A stretch of 64,000 nucleotides of DNA from an uncultured bacterium (GTDB lineage Bacteria > Bacillota_I > Bacilli_A > RFN20 > CAG-826). The notes under the pieces were generated by a model. That model saw only the letters and a list, made by a program, of their open reading frames with translations. It had not been told where the DNA came from and ran no database searches. This document shows, in pieces, positions 28,401-37,253 of the stretch; position 1 is the stretch's first letter; every line of letters starts with the position of its first letter. The DNA is taken from the NCBI GenBank assembly GCA_949297805.1, contig CASFTG010000003.1, forward strand, positions 3,996-67,995, in the 5' to 3' direction. The position numbers and the translations under genes were made by a program.

Positions 28401-31276
28401 TATTGGTCTACTTGGCATTGAAGGAAGAAGTCGGCAAATCCTTTGAATATGGAGTATTGGAACTCGATGCCAGCGATCTTAAACGCCATCTAGAAAACTC
28501 CTGGAATTACGGGTTCTTTGCCAAGCGCAAAGCCATCAAGCAAACCAAAAAGGCTTTAAAGCCCTTTGCCAAATCCAAGATAAAAACCGGGGATTTGCAA
28601 CCAATTCTCGATAAACTCATCCTTCTCCGCCAAATGAAGGAGGATTTGGACAATCGGGCGGGGTATTGCACGATTATCTTCCCCGATGAGGATAAGAAGA
28701 CTTTGGTCGAGGCTCAGTTAGACCAGACCAAGATCAATAATAGTTTGGCCCTCTTAGATGCCATCCGCCATCTCGACGTCAGCGAGGATTCCGACTACAA
28801 GAAAGCCAACAAGGTCTTTGCTTCAATTATTCGTTCCCCTGACAAGCCATACGAAGAACGGATCGCCAACTTCCTTAATGGCGAAGCCGATCTAGTCAAA
28901 GCCAATAAAGAGTTGGAGGATATCCATTTTGACATCAATGCTGCGGATGATTCCGATGTCTATTACGCCTATGCCTTGACCCAGATCAAGAACTCCTATC
29001 AAGGGTTAGAGAGACTCGGTGAGTGGTGCAAGCTCTTATCTTGCTTAGATAAATCCGAGGCCGTCTTACCGAAGTCCTTAATCGATAATTACAAAGGCGG
29101 CAAGGTCAGCCTATCGAAGCTCCGTTCCTCCTTCGACTGCGCCCTCTTCTATCGGATCGTCTCCTTATCGCTTAGCGAACTGGGGCTTACTAACTTATCT
29201 TCTGCCGAGACCGAACAACAGATTGAGAAGTACAAGAAGGCTTTAGCTGCTTTCCAGCGGTTAACGGTTGAGGAGACGGCAAGAAGAATTACCGCCTCCT
29301 TCCCTCGGACTGATGTTGAATACGCCGAATCTTCTTTGGCTTATCAATTACGGAAACTCATCAAGACGGCGGGGCGGGGCAAGACCCTCCGTTCCATCAT
29401 CGACCAATATAGTGATGATATCTTTAGGCTATGCCCGATCTTCTTGATGTCGCCGTTATCGGTCGCCCAATATCTTGATCCGAACAAACATCATTTCGAT
29501 ATTGTTATCTTCGATGAGGCCTCGCAGATCCCGACTAGCGAAGCCATCGGGGCGATTGCTAGAGGCAACTCCTGCATCATCGCCGGCGATCAGCAGCAAA
29601 TGCCTCCGACCGACTTCTTCACCTCCTCCTTATCCTTCGCCGATCAGCCTAACGATGATGTCGTCGTCTACAGCGACCTCGAGTCCCTCCTCGATGACGC
29701 GATTGCTTTGAACCTTCCTCGTTATCGTTTGTCTTGGCATTATCGAAGCCATCATGAATCGCTGATTGCCTTTAGCAATAACCGATTCTATGACAATACC
29801 CTTTGCACTTTCCCCTCGCCTTCCAATCAGGAAAGCCAGGTTCACCTCGTTCGGGTCAATGGCCATTATGAGAAAGGACGAGGGGTTAATAGAGAAGAAG
29901 CCAAAGCCATCGTCAATGAGGTTATTAGACGTTGCAAGGACCCTGAACTCAGCAAGCTCTCAATCGGAATCGTCACCTTCAACAAGAAGCAGCAGGATCT
30001 CATCACCGATATGCTCGATTCGAAGTTTTTCTCGTCCACCAGCTTGAATAGAACTCCCGGCGGGGAAGAGATCTTCGTCAAGAACTTAGAGAACGTCCAG
30101 GGGGATGAAAGAGACGTCATCCTCTTCTCCGTTTGCTTCGGCCCGGATAAGAAGACGAAGAAGATGAATCTTAACTTCGGGCCCTTAAGCCGGGAAAAGG
30201 GAGAGAGACGGTTAAACGTCGCCGTATCAAGGGCTAAGGAGGAGATGGTCGTCTTCTGTTCGTGCCGGCCTGAGGACATCCGGGCCTACTCGGCCAAAAA
30301 CAGCGGCGCCGAGTTCCTCCGTTCCTTCCTCATCTATGCCGAATCGGGGGTCCGTTCCTTGGCCAATCAGTCGAGCTGGGATATTAAGCCCGAGGATTTA
30401 TCGATTGCTTCCTTCTTGGCCTCTGATTTGCTTCGTGATGGTTATCAAGTCGATATCAATGTCGGGGCCAGCGAGTTCAAGGTCGACATTGCCATCAAGG
30501 ATCCATTAGATCCTGACCGTTATGCTTTAGGGGTCTTAGTCGATGGGCCTAGTTATGCCTCGCCTTCTTATACCTGCGATGACCGGAATGTGGTGGCCCC
30601 GGGCGTCCTTAATAATCTTTCTTGGCGCTTAATGCGGGTTTGGTCGGTTGAGTACCTTGACCATCCGGGTTTAGTGGTTCGAAAGATTGAGAAGGAATTA
30701 AGCGCCCCTCGCTCCGCCACCGAGGTCAAGGAACAGGCGACCAAACCTGTCTCATTGGTTAAGGCGACTCCGGATAATCCCTATCCCCATAAGAAGGAAT
30801 ATCCGGCAGTTAACTATGCTCATTTAGTTAATATCATTCGCGATTTGCCGGGGGCGATTGCTGGGGTGTTAGCCAATGAATCACCCATCTCCATGACTCT
30901 TCTTAAGAAACGGGTCCGCGATATCTATTCCCTTAAGCGGGTTGACAACAAGATGCTGTATCGTATTCAGACGATCCTTAGACAACTTTCTGCTTATGGC
31001 GAAGAGTTCGATAATGAGATCTATTGGTGGGCCTCTTCCTTAGACCCTGAATCCTACGATGCTTATCGCGTTGGCGGTGACCGGGAGATTGGGGATGTAT
31101 CTAGACAAGAGATATTGTTAGCCAAAGATGACATCGAATTCTTGCAGGGTAAGATCAGCGATGAAGATTTATGCCATGAGATTTTAGAACTGCTCGGATT
31201 CAACGTTTTATCCGAAAGAAGCAAGACTCATATCGTTCGGGCGCTGAATGGGGATATTGGGGAGAAAGCCAATTAG
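25439..31276 (+). CDS. Giant multidomain protein: N-terminal region with a transglutaminase-like Cys/His signature, Upf1-like SF1 helicase (AAA_11/AAA_12), Vsr/DUF559-like endonuclease fold, C-terminal DUF3320-like region. Architecture is of the 'DUF4011 helicase' type
   Basis: Single 1945-aa frame. TGase-like CLDFSLLF…DHAYNGVWLE (~nt 26210-26325). Helicase motifs: I GPPGTGKSQT (27611-27640), II IVIFDEASQI (~29501-29530), then HYRSHHESLIAFSN, VTFNKKQQDLI, VQGDERDVILFS and LNVAVSRAKEEMVVFCS. Endonuclease-like segment VLVDGPSYASP…NLSWRLMRVWSVEY (~30520-30650). Start uncertain: TTG 25439 (weak AAAGG SD) or ATG 25493 (-10-like TATAAT just upstream). Confidence 0.8.
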   Translation: MIGLPTATLAFRLYNFLAMPIDQLNNPTSSDKIYLDIESSKSICYVNYRAEKLIKIRRSSSKSNIFSFIKRISIKNFTDKDVYNAYLHFNFHSESIAIDDVPLSCLQAHKITTVDSFNLILDPKYLYDLSEVEALTVSISLIGEDNETIESKNIDIRLLPIAQSAGEDFVPESIASFITPNDDEVQELANKAAYIMEDKYQTSSFVGYQTHDPETVMHELDALYLALQQSGIHYSNPPASFEKTFQRVRMPKDVINDKTATCLDFSLLFASLCEAVGLNPLLIVLNDHAYNGVWLENLHYPNAIFDNLTVLSNDCSDTDRRMVLIDSTNAASGSDINFQASLSKAAALLNVGKFDYCLDVKTARLDYILPLPTPHTVNGKTEVNYDDTIGTEYDVPTVAPSSGSLSLESKGNKTKFDVWEENLLDLEMSNNLINHKIGASSVQLGADDVFDFYSRAKDIDKLSVIPDNDLKAEDLKHFLAFQFSIEDKKRFKGAFASKRVYAFNKKGETEDTLISLARKASTQIEESGCNPLFLTLGMVHWYDNNLSKQTIAAPIILIPASMPKRRSGPYFSLELDFDSAQVNAAAFEYFRRAFDMDFSELDGFFDTERSVDDLKKLFNTIREKIASKGNWMVDDTTVTLSLFSFAHFVMWNDMKTHRDLFIQNKVVASMVHGKEEYDTTPKELYENNLDDIIAPDDLAVPLSADSSQLLAIKASDIGLSFVLDGPPGTGKSQTIANIIVNAMYKGKKVLFVAEKEVALDVVKNRLDSLSLGRFCLQIHSAKANKKDVLAQLGESLATGQTRSVEGFNDEAKKLKDERDALNATLKEIHVKGNYFVSPYTALIKYLENESSKGNCEVSSDYAKAIDEKKYNEAISTIEDIVVLGHNVNGYYGSPFIYYGCRDYSLDLREQFQERLPSLIAALESFSAAYTSLSKKIGFGMKLSKNNANRLVYILNLIKADPKLFFPDLIEGGTILNETVNIKSYFDGLLVYLALKEEVGKSFEYGVLELDASDLKRHLENSWNYGFFAKRKAIKQTKKALKPFAKSKIKTGDLQPILDKLILLRQMKEDLDNRAGYCTIIFPDEDKKTLVEAQLDQTKINNSLALLDAIRHLDVSEDSDYKKANKVFASIIRSPDKPYEERIANFLNGEADLVKANKELEDIHFDINAADDSDVYYAYALTQIKNSYQGLERLGEWCKLLSCLDKSEAVLPKSLIDNYKGGKVSLSKLRSSFDCALFYRIVSLSLSELGLTNLSSAETEQQIEKYKKALAAFQRLTVEETARRITASFPRTDVEYAESSLAYQLRKLIKTAGRGKTLRSIIDQYSDDIFRLCPIFLMSPLSVAQYLDPNKHHFDIVIFDEASQIPTSEAIGAIARGNSCIIAGDQQQMPPTDFFTSSLSFADQPNDDVVVYSDLESLLDDAIALNLPRYRLSWHYRSHHESLIAFSNNRFYDNTLCTFPSPSNQESQVHLVRVNGHYEKGRGVNREEAKAIVNEVIRRCKDPELSKLSIGIVTFNKKQQDLITDMLDSKFFSSTSLNRTPGGEEIFVKNLENVQGDERDVILFSVCFGPDKKTKKMNLNFGPLSREKGERRLNVAVSRAKEEMVVFCSCRPEDIRAYSAKNSGAEFLRSFLIYAESGVRSLANQSSWDIKPEDLSIASFLASDLLRDGYQVDINVGASEFKVDIAIKDPLDPDRYALGVLVDGPSYASPSYTCDDRNVVAPGVLNNLSWRLMRVWSVEYLDHPGLVVRKIEKELSAPRSATEVKEQATKPVSLVKATPDNPYPHKKEYPAVNYAHLVNIIRDLPGAIAGVLANESPISMTLLKKRVRDIYSLKRVDNKMLYRIQTILRQLSAYGEEFDNEIYWWASSLDPESYDAYRVGGDREIGDVSRQEILLAKDDIEFLQGKISDEDLCHEILELLGFNVLSERSKTHIVRALNGDIGEKAN

Positions 31277-31283
31277 ATTGTGG

Positions 31284-32246
31284 TCAACGCTTAATTTTGC
31301 GAGCAAAAAAGAATCCTAATTTTGAGAAATGAAATGCCGCGCAGAATTTGATGATTTTTGAATCATTAATTGTTTGCTTGAGCATGGTATATTTGGTCAA
31401 ATCCTTATACATTTTATACAATTCGGCGGAAGTATCCTTATTAACGGACGTTTTCTCGTTAACCAAGCTGGTTATGTAGAGATAAAGCATATTCGCTATC
31501 GATCGCGAAAATTGTGCGCTTGTGCCGTTGCTGGTTTTTAAGGCATCTGGATAGCGACTAAAAACGGAATAAAGAACATGAATTAGATCATTTTTATGCT
31601 TTAGAACGCTAGCGGAGCTTACGCTTTGTTCGCTGTTCCCAAGCCGATACATGTAAACGGAAAAGGGAAGATAATAGAATTTTGTGGCATAAAGCAAGGG
31701 GAGACAAACGTATTCTTGGTCTTCGTAGAAGACTTTTTCCGATAAAGTTATACGGTTATTGTCGAAAAGGCTTTTTTTATACGTTATTGAGTGGATTGCC
31801 AAATTCACAGAACTAATATTTTCGATTGGCCCTTCAACTCCATGATTGTGGGTTTTAATGTACTTTGTTTCGTTTGGATAAACTTGACAGAAGTCATTAA
31901 CGATAACGTCGCAATCGGTATTTTTAAGAAACGCTACAAGCTTTGTCAAACCATCGGTATTAACCCAATCGTCTCCGTCCACTATTTTAAAATATTTACC
32001 GCGAGCCAATTTAATTCCGAAATTGATAACCGAACCATGTCCTCCATTGCTTTTGTGAATTGCCTTGAAAAGCCTGGGATTCTTCGTTTCGTATTCCTTT
32101 GCCTTATTCAGGGAATCATCAGGCGACCCGTCATCAATTAACAAAACCTCAATATCCTCGATGCCGATGAATGTTGGCAAGCAGCTATCCATGAACATAG
32201 CGGTTTTATAGGACGGCACGATGATAGATAGTATTGGTTTGTCCAT
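31284..32246 (-). CDS. Glycosyltransferase family 2
   Basis: LSIIVPSYKTAMFMDSCLPTFIGIEDIEVLLIDDGSPDDS…IVDGDD (DXD). AT-rich. Confidence 0.85.
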   Translation of the reverse strand: MDKPILSIIVPSYKTAMFMDSCLPTFIGIEDIEVLLIDDGSPDDSLNKAKEYETKNPRLFKAIHKSNGGHGSVINFGIKLARGKYFKIVDGDDWVNTDGLTKLVAFLKNTDCDVIVNDFCQVYPNETKYIKTHNHGVEGPIENISSVNLAIHSITYKKSLFDNNRITLSEKVFYEDQEYVCLPLLYATKFYYLPFSVYMYRLGNSEQSVSSASVLKHKNDLIHVLYSVFSRYPDALKTSNGTSAQFSRSIANMLYLYITSLVNEKTSVNKDTSAELYKMYKDLTKYTMLKQTINDSKIIKFCAAFHFSKLGFFFARKIKR

Positions 32247-32337
32247 TGCGAATCCTCCTCATAGATTCATGACTCATTTTGAACGCCCGGCTTAAGATTT
32301 GCCAGTTTTCAGAAGCCGATTGATAAAAGATGCCTTT

Positions 32338-33399
32338 TTAATTTTCAAATAGATCCAAGTATTTTTGAGCCATCATACGGCTGGAAAAAGATTCGGAATA
32401 TCTCCGAATATTTTCCAAGTTTGGGGCAATATAATTGGTATAGGCTCTCTCTAAATCATCGCAAAGAGTTGATGCTGATGAAATGTCTACCAAATGGCAG
32501 ATTGGATCGTTAACGAATAGTTGTAAATGTCCAGAGGTATAAGGAGAAACAATGTTGCACCCACCCAAGGCTGCTTCCAAGTAAGTCATTCCTAAGGGCT
32601 CAAGGGAATTCAACGAGACAAAGAATTTGGCGTCTTTGTATATCTTTGAAACTTGGTCATGTGGAATCCCTCCTAAATATTCAATATTGTTATGTACAAA
32701 TTTTCCATTTCCTTCGAAGAAAGGCTGTAGTTCGCCGGCTCCTGCGACGGCCAATTTAAGATCGGGATATCTCTGAATTAATTTTAAGAAGGCGTCGCAA
32801 AGTAATTCGACGTTTTTGTCCCGATATAATCGGCCGACATATAGGAAATCGTATTGGCGTGGTTTGTTGGTTTCGTTCTCTTTCAAAGCGAACTCATCAA
32901 TGTCGGCAAGTCCATTTGGTATCACGGCATCAGCTTTGATGTTATAGATTTTGGAGTTAATGGCTTGGGACAAATAGGAAACAGTGACTGTTTTGTCGAA
33001 ATGTTTTGCCGAATAACGGGCTACCAAATTTACAAAGAAGGAATGAAGCCGTCCATTGGTTGGGCAAGCCATTCCATGGAGAACCGAAACAAATTTAGAT
33101 TTTGGGGAAGCCTTTTTGTACCGCTTTATTCCTATGTTGTATTGCAAAGAGGAAACGACGATGTCCGGTGATTCCCGTTTGATTACTTTGGCGATTTTGC
33201 CAATCTTTCCGATAATATGAAACGTATTATATTTATGTGCCTTTACAACAATATTATTTAATTTTGATGATTTGGCTAGTGAGACCATATTGGCATTGCA
33301 GCCTAATTCATTTAGCCCGTTGGTCAAGCTTTCCGAGATGGTCGCTACACCGCCAGACAGTTTGTCGTTCAGAACGGGGCCTAGTATGAGTACTTTCAT
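32338..33399 (-). CDS. Glycosyltransferase family 4
   Basis: GT-B fold: MKVLILGPVLNDKLSGGVATISE… and EPLGMTYLEAALGGCNIVS. AT-rich. Confidence 0.8.
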   Translation of the reverse strand: MKVLILGPVLNDKLSGGVATISESLTNGLNELGCNANMVSLAKSSKLNNIVVKAHKYNTFHIIGKIGKIAKVIKRESPDIVVSSLQYNIGIKRYKKASPKSKFVSVLHGMACPTNGRLHSFFVNLVARYSAKHFDKTVTVSYLSQAINSKIYNIKADAVIPNGLADIDEFALKENETNKPRQYDFLYVGRLYRDKNVELLCDAFLKLIQRYPDLKLAVAGAGELQPFFEGNGKFVHNNIEYLGGIPHDQVSKIYKDAKFFVSLNSLEPLGMTYLEAALGGCNIVSPYTSGHLQLFVNDPICHLVDISSASTLCDDLERAYTNYIAPNLENIRRYSESFSSRMMAQKYLDLFEN

Positions 33400-33427
33400 T
33401 GTGTTTTACAGCGTTTAATTATGATAA

Positions 33428-34780
33428 GTGATTGTATACAATTCGTTTATAGAGTTAAATTCTTTCCTGTATTGTTCTATGGGTAATAATCAATCATTAG
33501 CTGAGTATAATGGCGTCATTCTCGAGAAACGAAGTTTTATGGGCAAACTTTGGGCTTTCTTTAAAAAATCTTGGTTTTACCGGGCGATTGAATTGGTTTT
33601 AGCCTTCGCTTCCATTTTTGCCTCACCACTTATTTCTTATGCGCTGCCGTCAAATAATGTTCCGTCGATAGTTAATCTGATTTCCGAGAATCAGAAAACT
33701 TATGGCGATTATCCGGTGGGGACGGTAAAACTTCTTCAGTCTGACCTTTATTATTATCGTTTTGATGACCTGCCTATGGCCTCAATGTTGCGTTTATACG
33801 GTGCCAATCCGGATGTCGCCGCCTTTAAAATTTACCAGAACGAGAAATTTAAGATTACCGATACCGAAACCGGTCTTGCGATGTCGTCCTCTTTCGTAAG
33901 CACTACTGTTGTAAAAAGCGACGATACCTATTCGAAGGTTTTCTTCCCTCTAGACGAAGAGGGGGGGAATTCGTGGTCATTAGCCAGTGACTGGACTTTT
34001 TATCCTGAGGGCTTGGAAATTGGAATTCCCGTTAACTTTGCCGATTCTTTGCTCGATAAATTGTCGCTCCCGGCTGGTGATTATGATTCGCTTTTGGGCA
34101 GGGAGATTCGATTAGACGGCAATAAGAGTTTCCCTGATCAGATCTATTCAATTGCCTGCGTCTTTGATGCCTTTGATCCATCTTTTTCTAAACTTCCCGG
34201 ATTCTTGGGGAACTACTGTTTGATTCGTTTTGAAAATCCTTTATACATGCCTGTTGAACTTTATTTCGAATGTTTCGATGACTCCAACGGGGCCTTGAGC
34301 GATTTCCTCAATTCCTTGAACACCTTCTTCCCGGATAGCACGACTAGGCAAGAACACTACCTGTCTTTTCATTATCAAGTTGATGGCGAATATATTGTCG
34401 ATGAAGGCGACGAAACTTTTTTGTCATCGATGTATGCCCTCCGCGATCCGATGAATATGGTCCCCATGATCGTTTTGGGAACCTTCATCGTTTTAGCGCT
34501 GCTTTTCGGATTCCTTTTGGTGTTTTGGCTGGAAATGCGATCTTTGTCTTACGCCGAAAAAGCAATGGCGGCTAAATTTGCTTTCGTTTCATTTGTATTT
34601 GGCTTTATTTTGTCTTGTTTCGCGTGGCTTGTTTTCGGTGGCTTCGAATTCGCTAATGGCTACGTTGTTCCGATATTTACGACGGTGAATTTGGCCGTGA
34701 TTTTTACGGCGCTGATTGTTTTTCTTGCCTTTGCCTTTGTTTCTTATAAGCTTTCGGTTAAGCAAACATCAAATATTTAG
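33428..34780 (+). CDS. Membrane protein of unknown function (N-terminal TM, ~300-aa extracytoplasmic domain, C-terminal 4-TM bundle)
   Basis: The ORF is embedded in the polysaccharide locus and its hydrophobicity pattern was read from the translation. Several alternative start Mets exist (33428 or the MGKLWAFF… Met). No recognisable catalytic motif. Confidence 0.5.
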   Translation: MIVYNSFIELNSFLYCSMGNNQSLAEYNGVILEKRSFMGKLWAFFKKSWFYRAIELVLAFASIFASPLISYALPSNNVPSIVNLISENQKTYGDYPVGTVKLLQSDLYYYRFDDLPMASMLRLYGANPDVAAFKIYQNEKFKITDTETGLAMSSSFVSTTVVKSDDTYSKVFFPLDEEGGNSWSLASDWTFYPEGLEIGIPVNFADSLLDKLSLPAGDYDSLLGREIRLDGNKSFPDQIYSIACVFDAFDPSFSKLPGFLGNYCLIRFENPLYMPVELYFECFDDSNGALSDFLNSLNTFFPDSTTRQEHYLSFHYQVDGEYIVDEGDETFLSSMYALRDPMNMVPMIVLGTFIVLALLFGFLLVFWLEMRSLSYAEKAMAAKFAFVSFVFGFILSCFAWLVFGGFEFANGYVVPIFTTVNLAVIFTALIVFLAFAFVSYKLSVKQTSNI

Positions 34781-36223
34781 GCTTCTTTCCTTCAGGACCC
34801 AAGTTGCTTGTAGACGGTTGCCAATTGTTTTCGGTTCGTAATCTTGCCGTGCCATAGATATTGTTAAAATGATGATCATCTGAACTTCCAGATTAGCAGT
34901 TACGGTAAGCCCAAAGCTGAAGATGATGAACAGAACCAAAGGAAAGTAAAGCCATTTGAATTGTGATTTCGGCTTATTTTTTGGGCGAGCTAGCATCAAG
35001 ATCATCATGTATATATACAAGAATGTACCGATTATTCCTAACTCCCAAACATAGTTGATTATTGCGTTGTGGGCAACGGTTAAGCCATCCGGCCGCGCAT
35101 AGTACATTGACCTTACGCCTTGACCAAATATCATCTTGGCGGGATTGGCGCATAATATTCGCAGATAGTCGGCCCAGATGCTAACTCGGCCAGTCGTAAT
35201 TGTGTCCCAAAATGACTCATCGACCATGTTTGGTGACAAAAACCTGCTTAGGATGGCCGCGACTGGCCCGATTCCTAATATTGCCAATGATACGCTCACC
35301 AGTCCACAGACGGCAAAGACGGTGGCGAAGGCTAGGGTTGGGCGATAATAGGCGGTTTTTATGAATAACATGAATATTAATAAGGCAACGCAAATAAGAT
35401 AGCTTTTCGATTGAGTTAAGGCCGTTAATAACATAATCGCCAACGTTGTGCTAAGTACAATGGTGATTTGCTTTTTGTTTGAGAACTTATAGCCAAAAAA
35501 GACGAATGACGTGATGATTATTGTTATCATTGATAACTCATTGGGGTCAGCACAGAATCCATAGAATCTATCTTTCAAAATAACGAAATCTCCGTCTTTT
35601 GGGGCGACATAGTAGACATCGAACTTCGGCCTTAATGGATCAACCATCAAGAACCCGAGTGCAATAAATAACGAAGCTAAGTGGATTAGTGTCAGGTAGT
35701 TTAAAGTCGCATTTAACGATTTGTTGGAATTTTTGTCAACCACGGCGAATATTGGCAGGGCCGAGTATAAACAAAAAGAAACGGCGGTAACTATGTTTTG
35801 GAGCCCGCTATTAACGATAGTTATTAAGAAGGCGTAGATAACAAAAATAAGATAGATGGCAACTAATTTGAAATTTGATTGTAGCATCGCAACGATATCT
35901 TGTTTTCTGGTATATTGGAATGCCACCCGTGCTAAATAGACTAAAAACAAAGTTGAGGTCAACGTTAGTGGCAATGATTCGGGAGTTATAAGCAGCGGGG
36001 AAGGCACGAATGTGCAAAGAATCAAAATCAGGTTATTTTTTCCTGAAGATAGCAGGATATACAAAACAAACAACGCAAAATTAATTAGAGACAGTACTGG
36101 CTTTTGTAGATAAATGGTCAAACATCCGATGGCAAAGGCTAAGACAATTAACGTCGGCATAACGAATTTTCTGTCCAACGTTTTGTTTATAGGCTTTTTA
36201 ATGTTTGACAATATATTGCCCAT
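34769..36223 (-). CDS. wzy: O-antigen polymerase/ligase-like (Wzy-type) polytopic membrane protein
   Basis: 484 aa and at least 10 TM helices, with a large loop near the C-terminal third typical of the O-antigen ligase/Wzy family. It is co-located with wzx and the glycosyltransferases. Confidence 0.6.
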   Translation of the reverse strand: MGNILSNIKKPINKTLDRKFVMPTLIVLAFAIGCLTIYLQKPVLSLINFALFVLYILLSSGKNNLILILCTFVPSPLLITPESLPLTLTSTLFLVYLARVAFQYTRKQDIVAMLQSNFKLVAIYLIFVIYAFLITIVNSGLQNIVTAVSFCLYSALPIFAVVDKNSNKSLNATLNYLTLIHLASLFIALGFLMVDPLRPKFDVYYVAPKDGDFVILKDRFYGFCADPNELSMITIIITSFVFFGYKFSNKKQITIVLSTTLAIMLLTALTQSKSYLICVALLIFMLFIKTAYYRPTLAFATVFAVCGLVSVSLAILGIGPVAAILSRFLSPNMVDESFWDTITTGRVSIWADYLRILCANPAKMIFGQGVRSMYYARPDGLTVAHNAIINYVWELGIIGTFLYIYMMILMLARPKNKPKSQFKWLYFPLVLFIIFSFGLTVTANLEVQMIIILTISMARQDYEPKTIGNRLQATWVLKERSLNI

Positions 36224-36335
36224 TTGCTCGAGTTTAAGTTTCTAGTATGTAAGCGAAAATCATCGCCTTCGAAATTCTATTTCATTTGGTTTTCTAAATA
36301 AATGATAATTAGCCTTGTCCGAGGGAGGGCTTGAT

Positions 36336-37250
36336 ATGAAAAATGTATTGGTTACCGGCGCCGACGGGTTCGTTGGCAGCGCCTTGGTTAAGTCTTTATT
36401 GGATCACGGGTATTTTGTTTATGGTCTTGATTTGCTAGACACACCTAAAAGGCTGGATTTAAATAGTGTAAATTTCAAATATCTAAAGGCTGATCTTGCT
36501 TTCGATGATGTGTTCGCTAAGTTTTCTCTTCATGATATTGATACTGTTTATCACTTTGCTTGGAGAGGGTCGGCGGGCGACGAGAGGAAAAGCCCCGATA
36601 TTCAACTTCAGAACGCTCTTGTTTCGGCCGATTTTATGAAAAAATGCCAAGCTAATGGAGTAACTCGCTTCATTATGGCTGGCAGCATCATGGAGTTCGA
36701 AACCCATTCGGCAACCTACGACGATAGTTTGAATTCTTCATTGCCCTATATCTATGGAGCAGGAAAGTCAATCGCTCACGAAATTATGAAGCCAATTGCT
36801 AAGTCCATCGGGATTGGTTTGATTTGGACGTACATTACTAACGCTTATGGGGTGGGAGAGAAATCGCCTAGATTCATCAATTCGACGATAATAAAGTTAC
36901 TACGGGGCGAATCGTGTGAATTTACTTCTGGCACCCAGCTTTATGATTTCCTGTACATAGATGATGTAGCTAACGCTTTTAAATTGATTGGAGAGTTTGG
37001 CAAGACAGGTAATTCTTACATGATTGGTTCTGGGCATGCGAAGCCTTTAAGGGAGTTTATTTCGGATATATTTGAAACTATAGACCCTGGGTCGCGCCCG
37101 CAGTTTGGAGGATTGAAATATGCAGGGCCGATGCTGCCAATTGAAGTGTACAGCATTGCTCGTTTGGCCGAAGACTGTGGGTTTAAGCCGAAGGTTTCCT
37201 TTAAGGAAGGCATATTGAGAACTGCCTCTTGGTTAAAGGAGAATATATAA
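36336..37250 (+). CDS. NAD-dependent epimerase/dehydratase family protein (likely sugar-nucleotide 4-reductase/epimerase)
   Basis: VLVTGADGFVGSALVKSL (GxxGxxG) and a YIYGAGKSIAHE-like YxxxK motif. SD GAGGGAGGG precedes ATG 36336. Confidence 0.8.
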   Translation: MKNVLVTGADGFVGSALVKSLLDHGYFVYGLDLLDTPKRLDLNSVNFKYLKADLAFDDVFAKFSLHDIDTVYHFAWRGSAGDERKSPDIQLQNALVSADFMKKCQANGVTRFIMAGSIMEFETHSATYDDSLNSSLPYIYGAGKSIAHEIMKPIAKSIGIGLIWTYITNAYGVGEKSPRFINSTIIKLLRGESCEFTSGTQLYDFLYIDDVANAFKLIGEFGKTGNSYMIGSGHAKPLREFISDIFETIDPGSRPQFGGLKYAGPMLPIEVYSIARLAEDCGFKPKVSFKEGILRTASWLKENI

Positions 37251-37253
37251 AGA

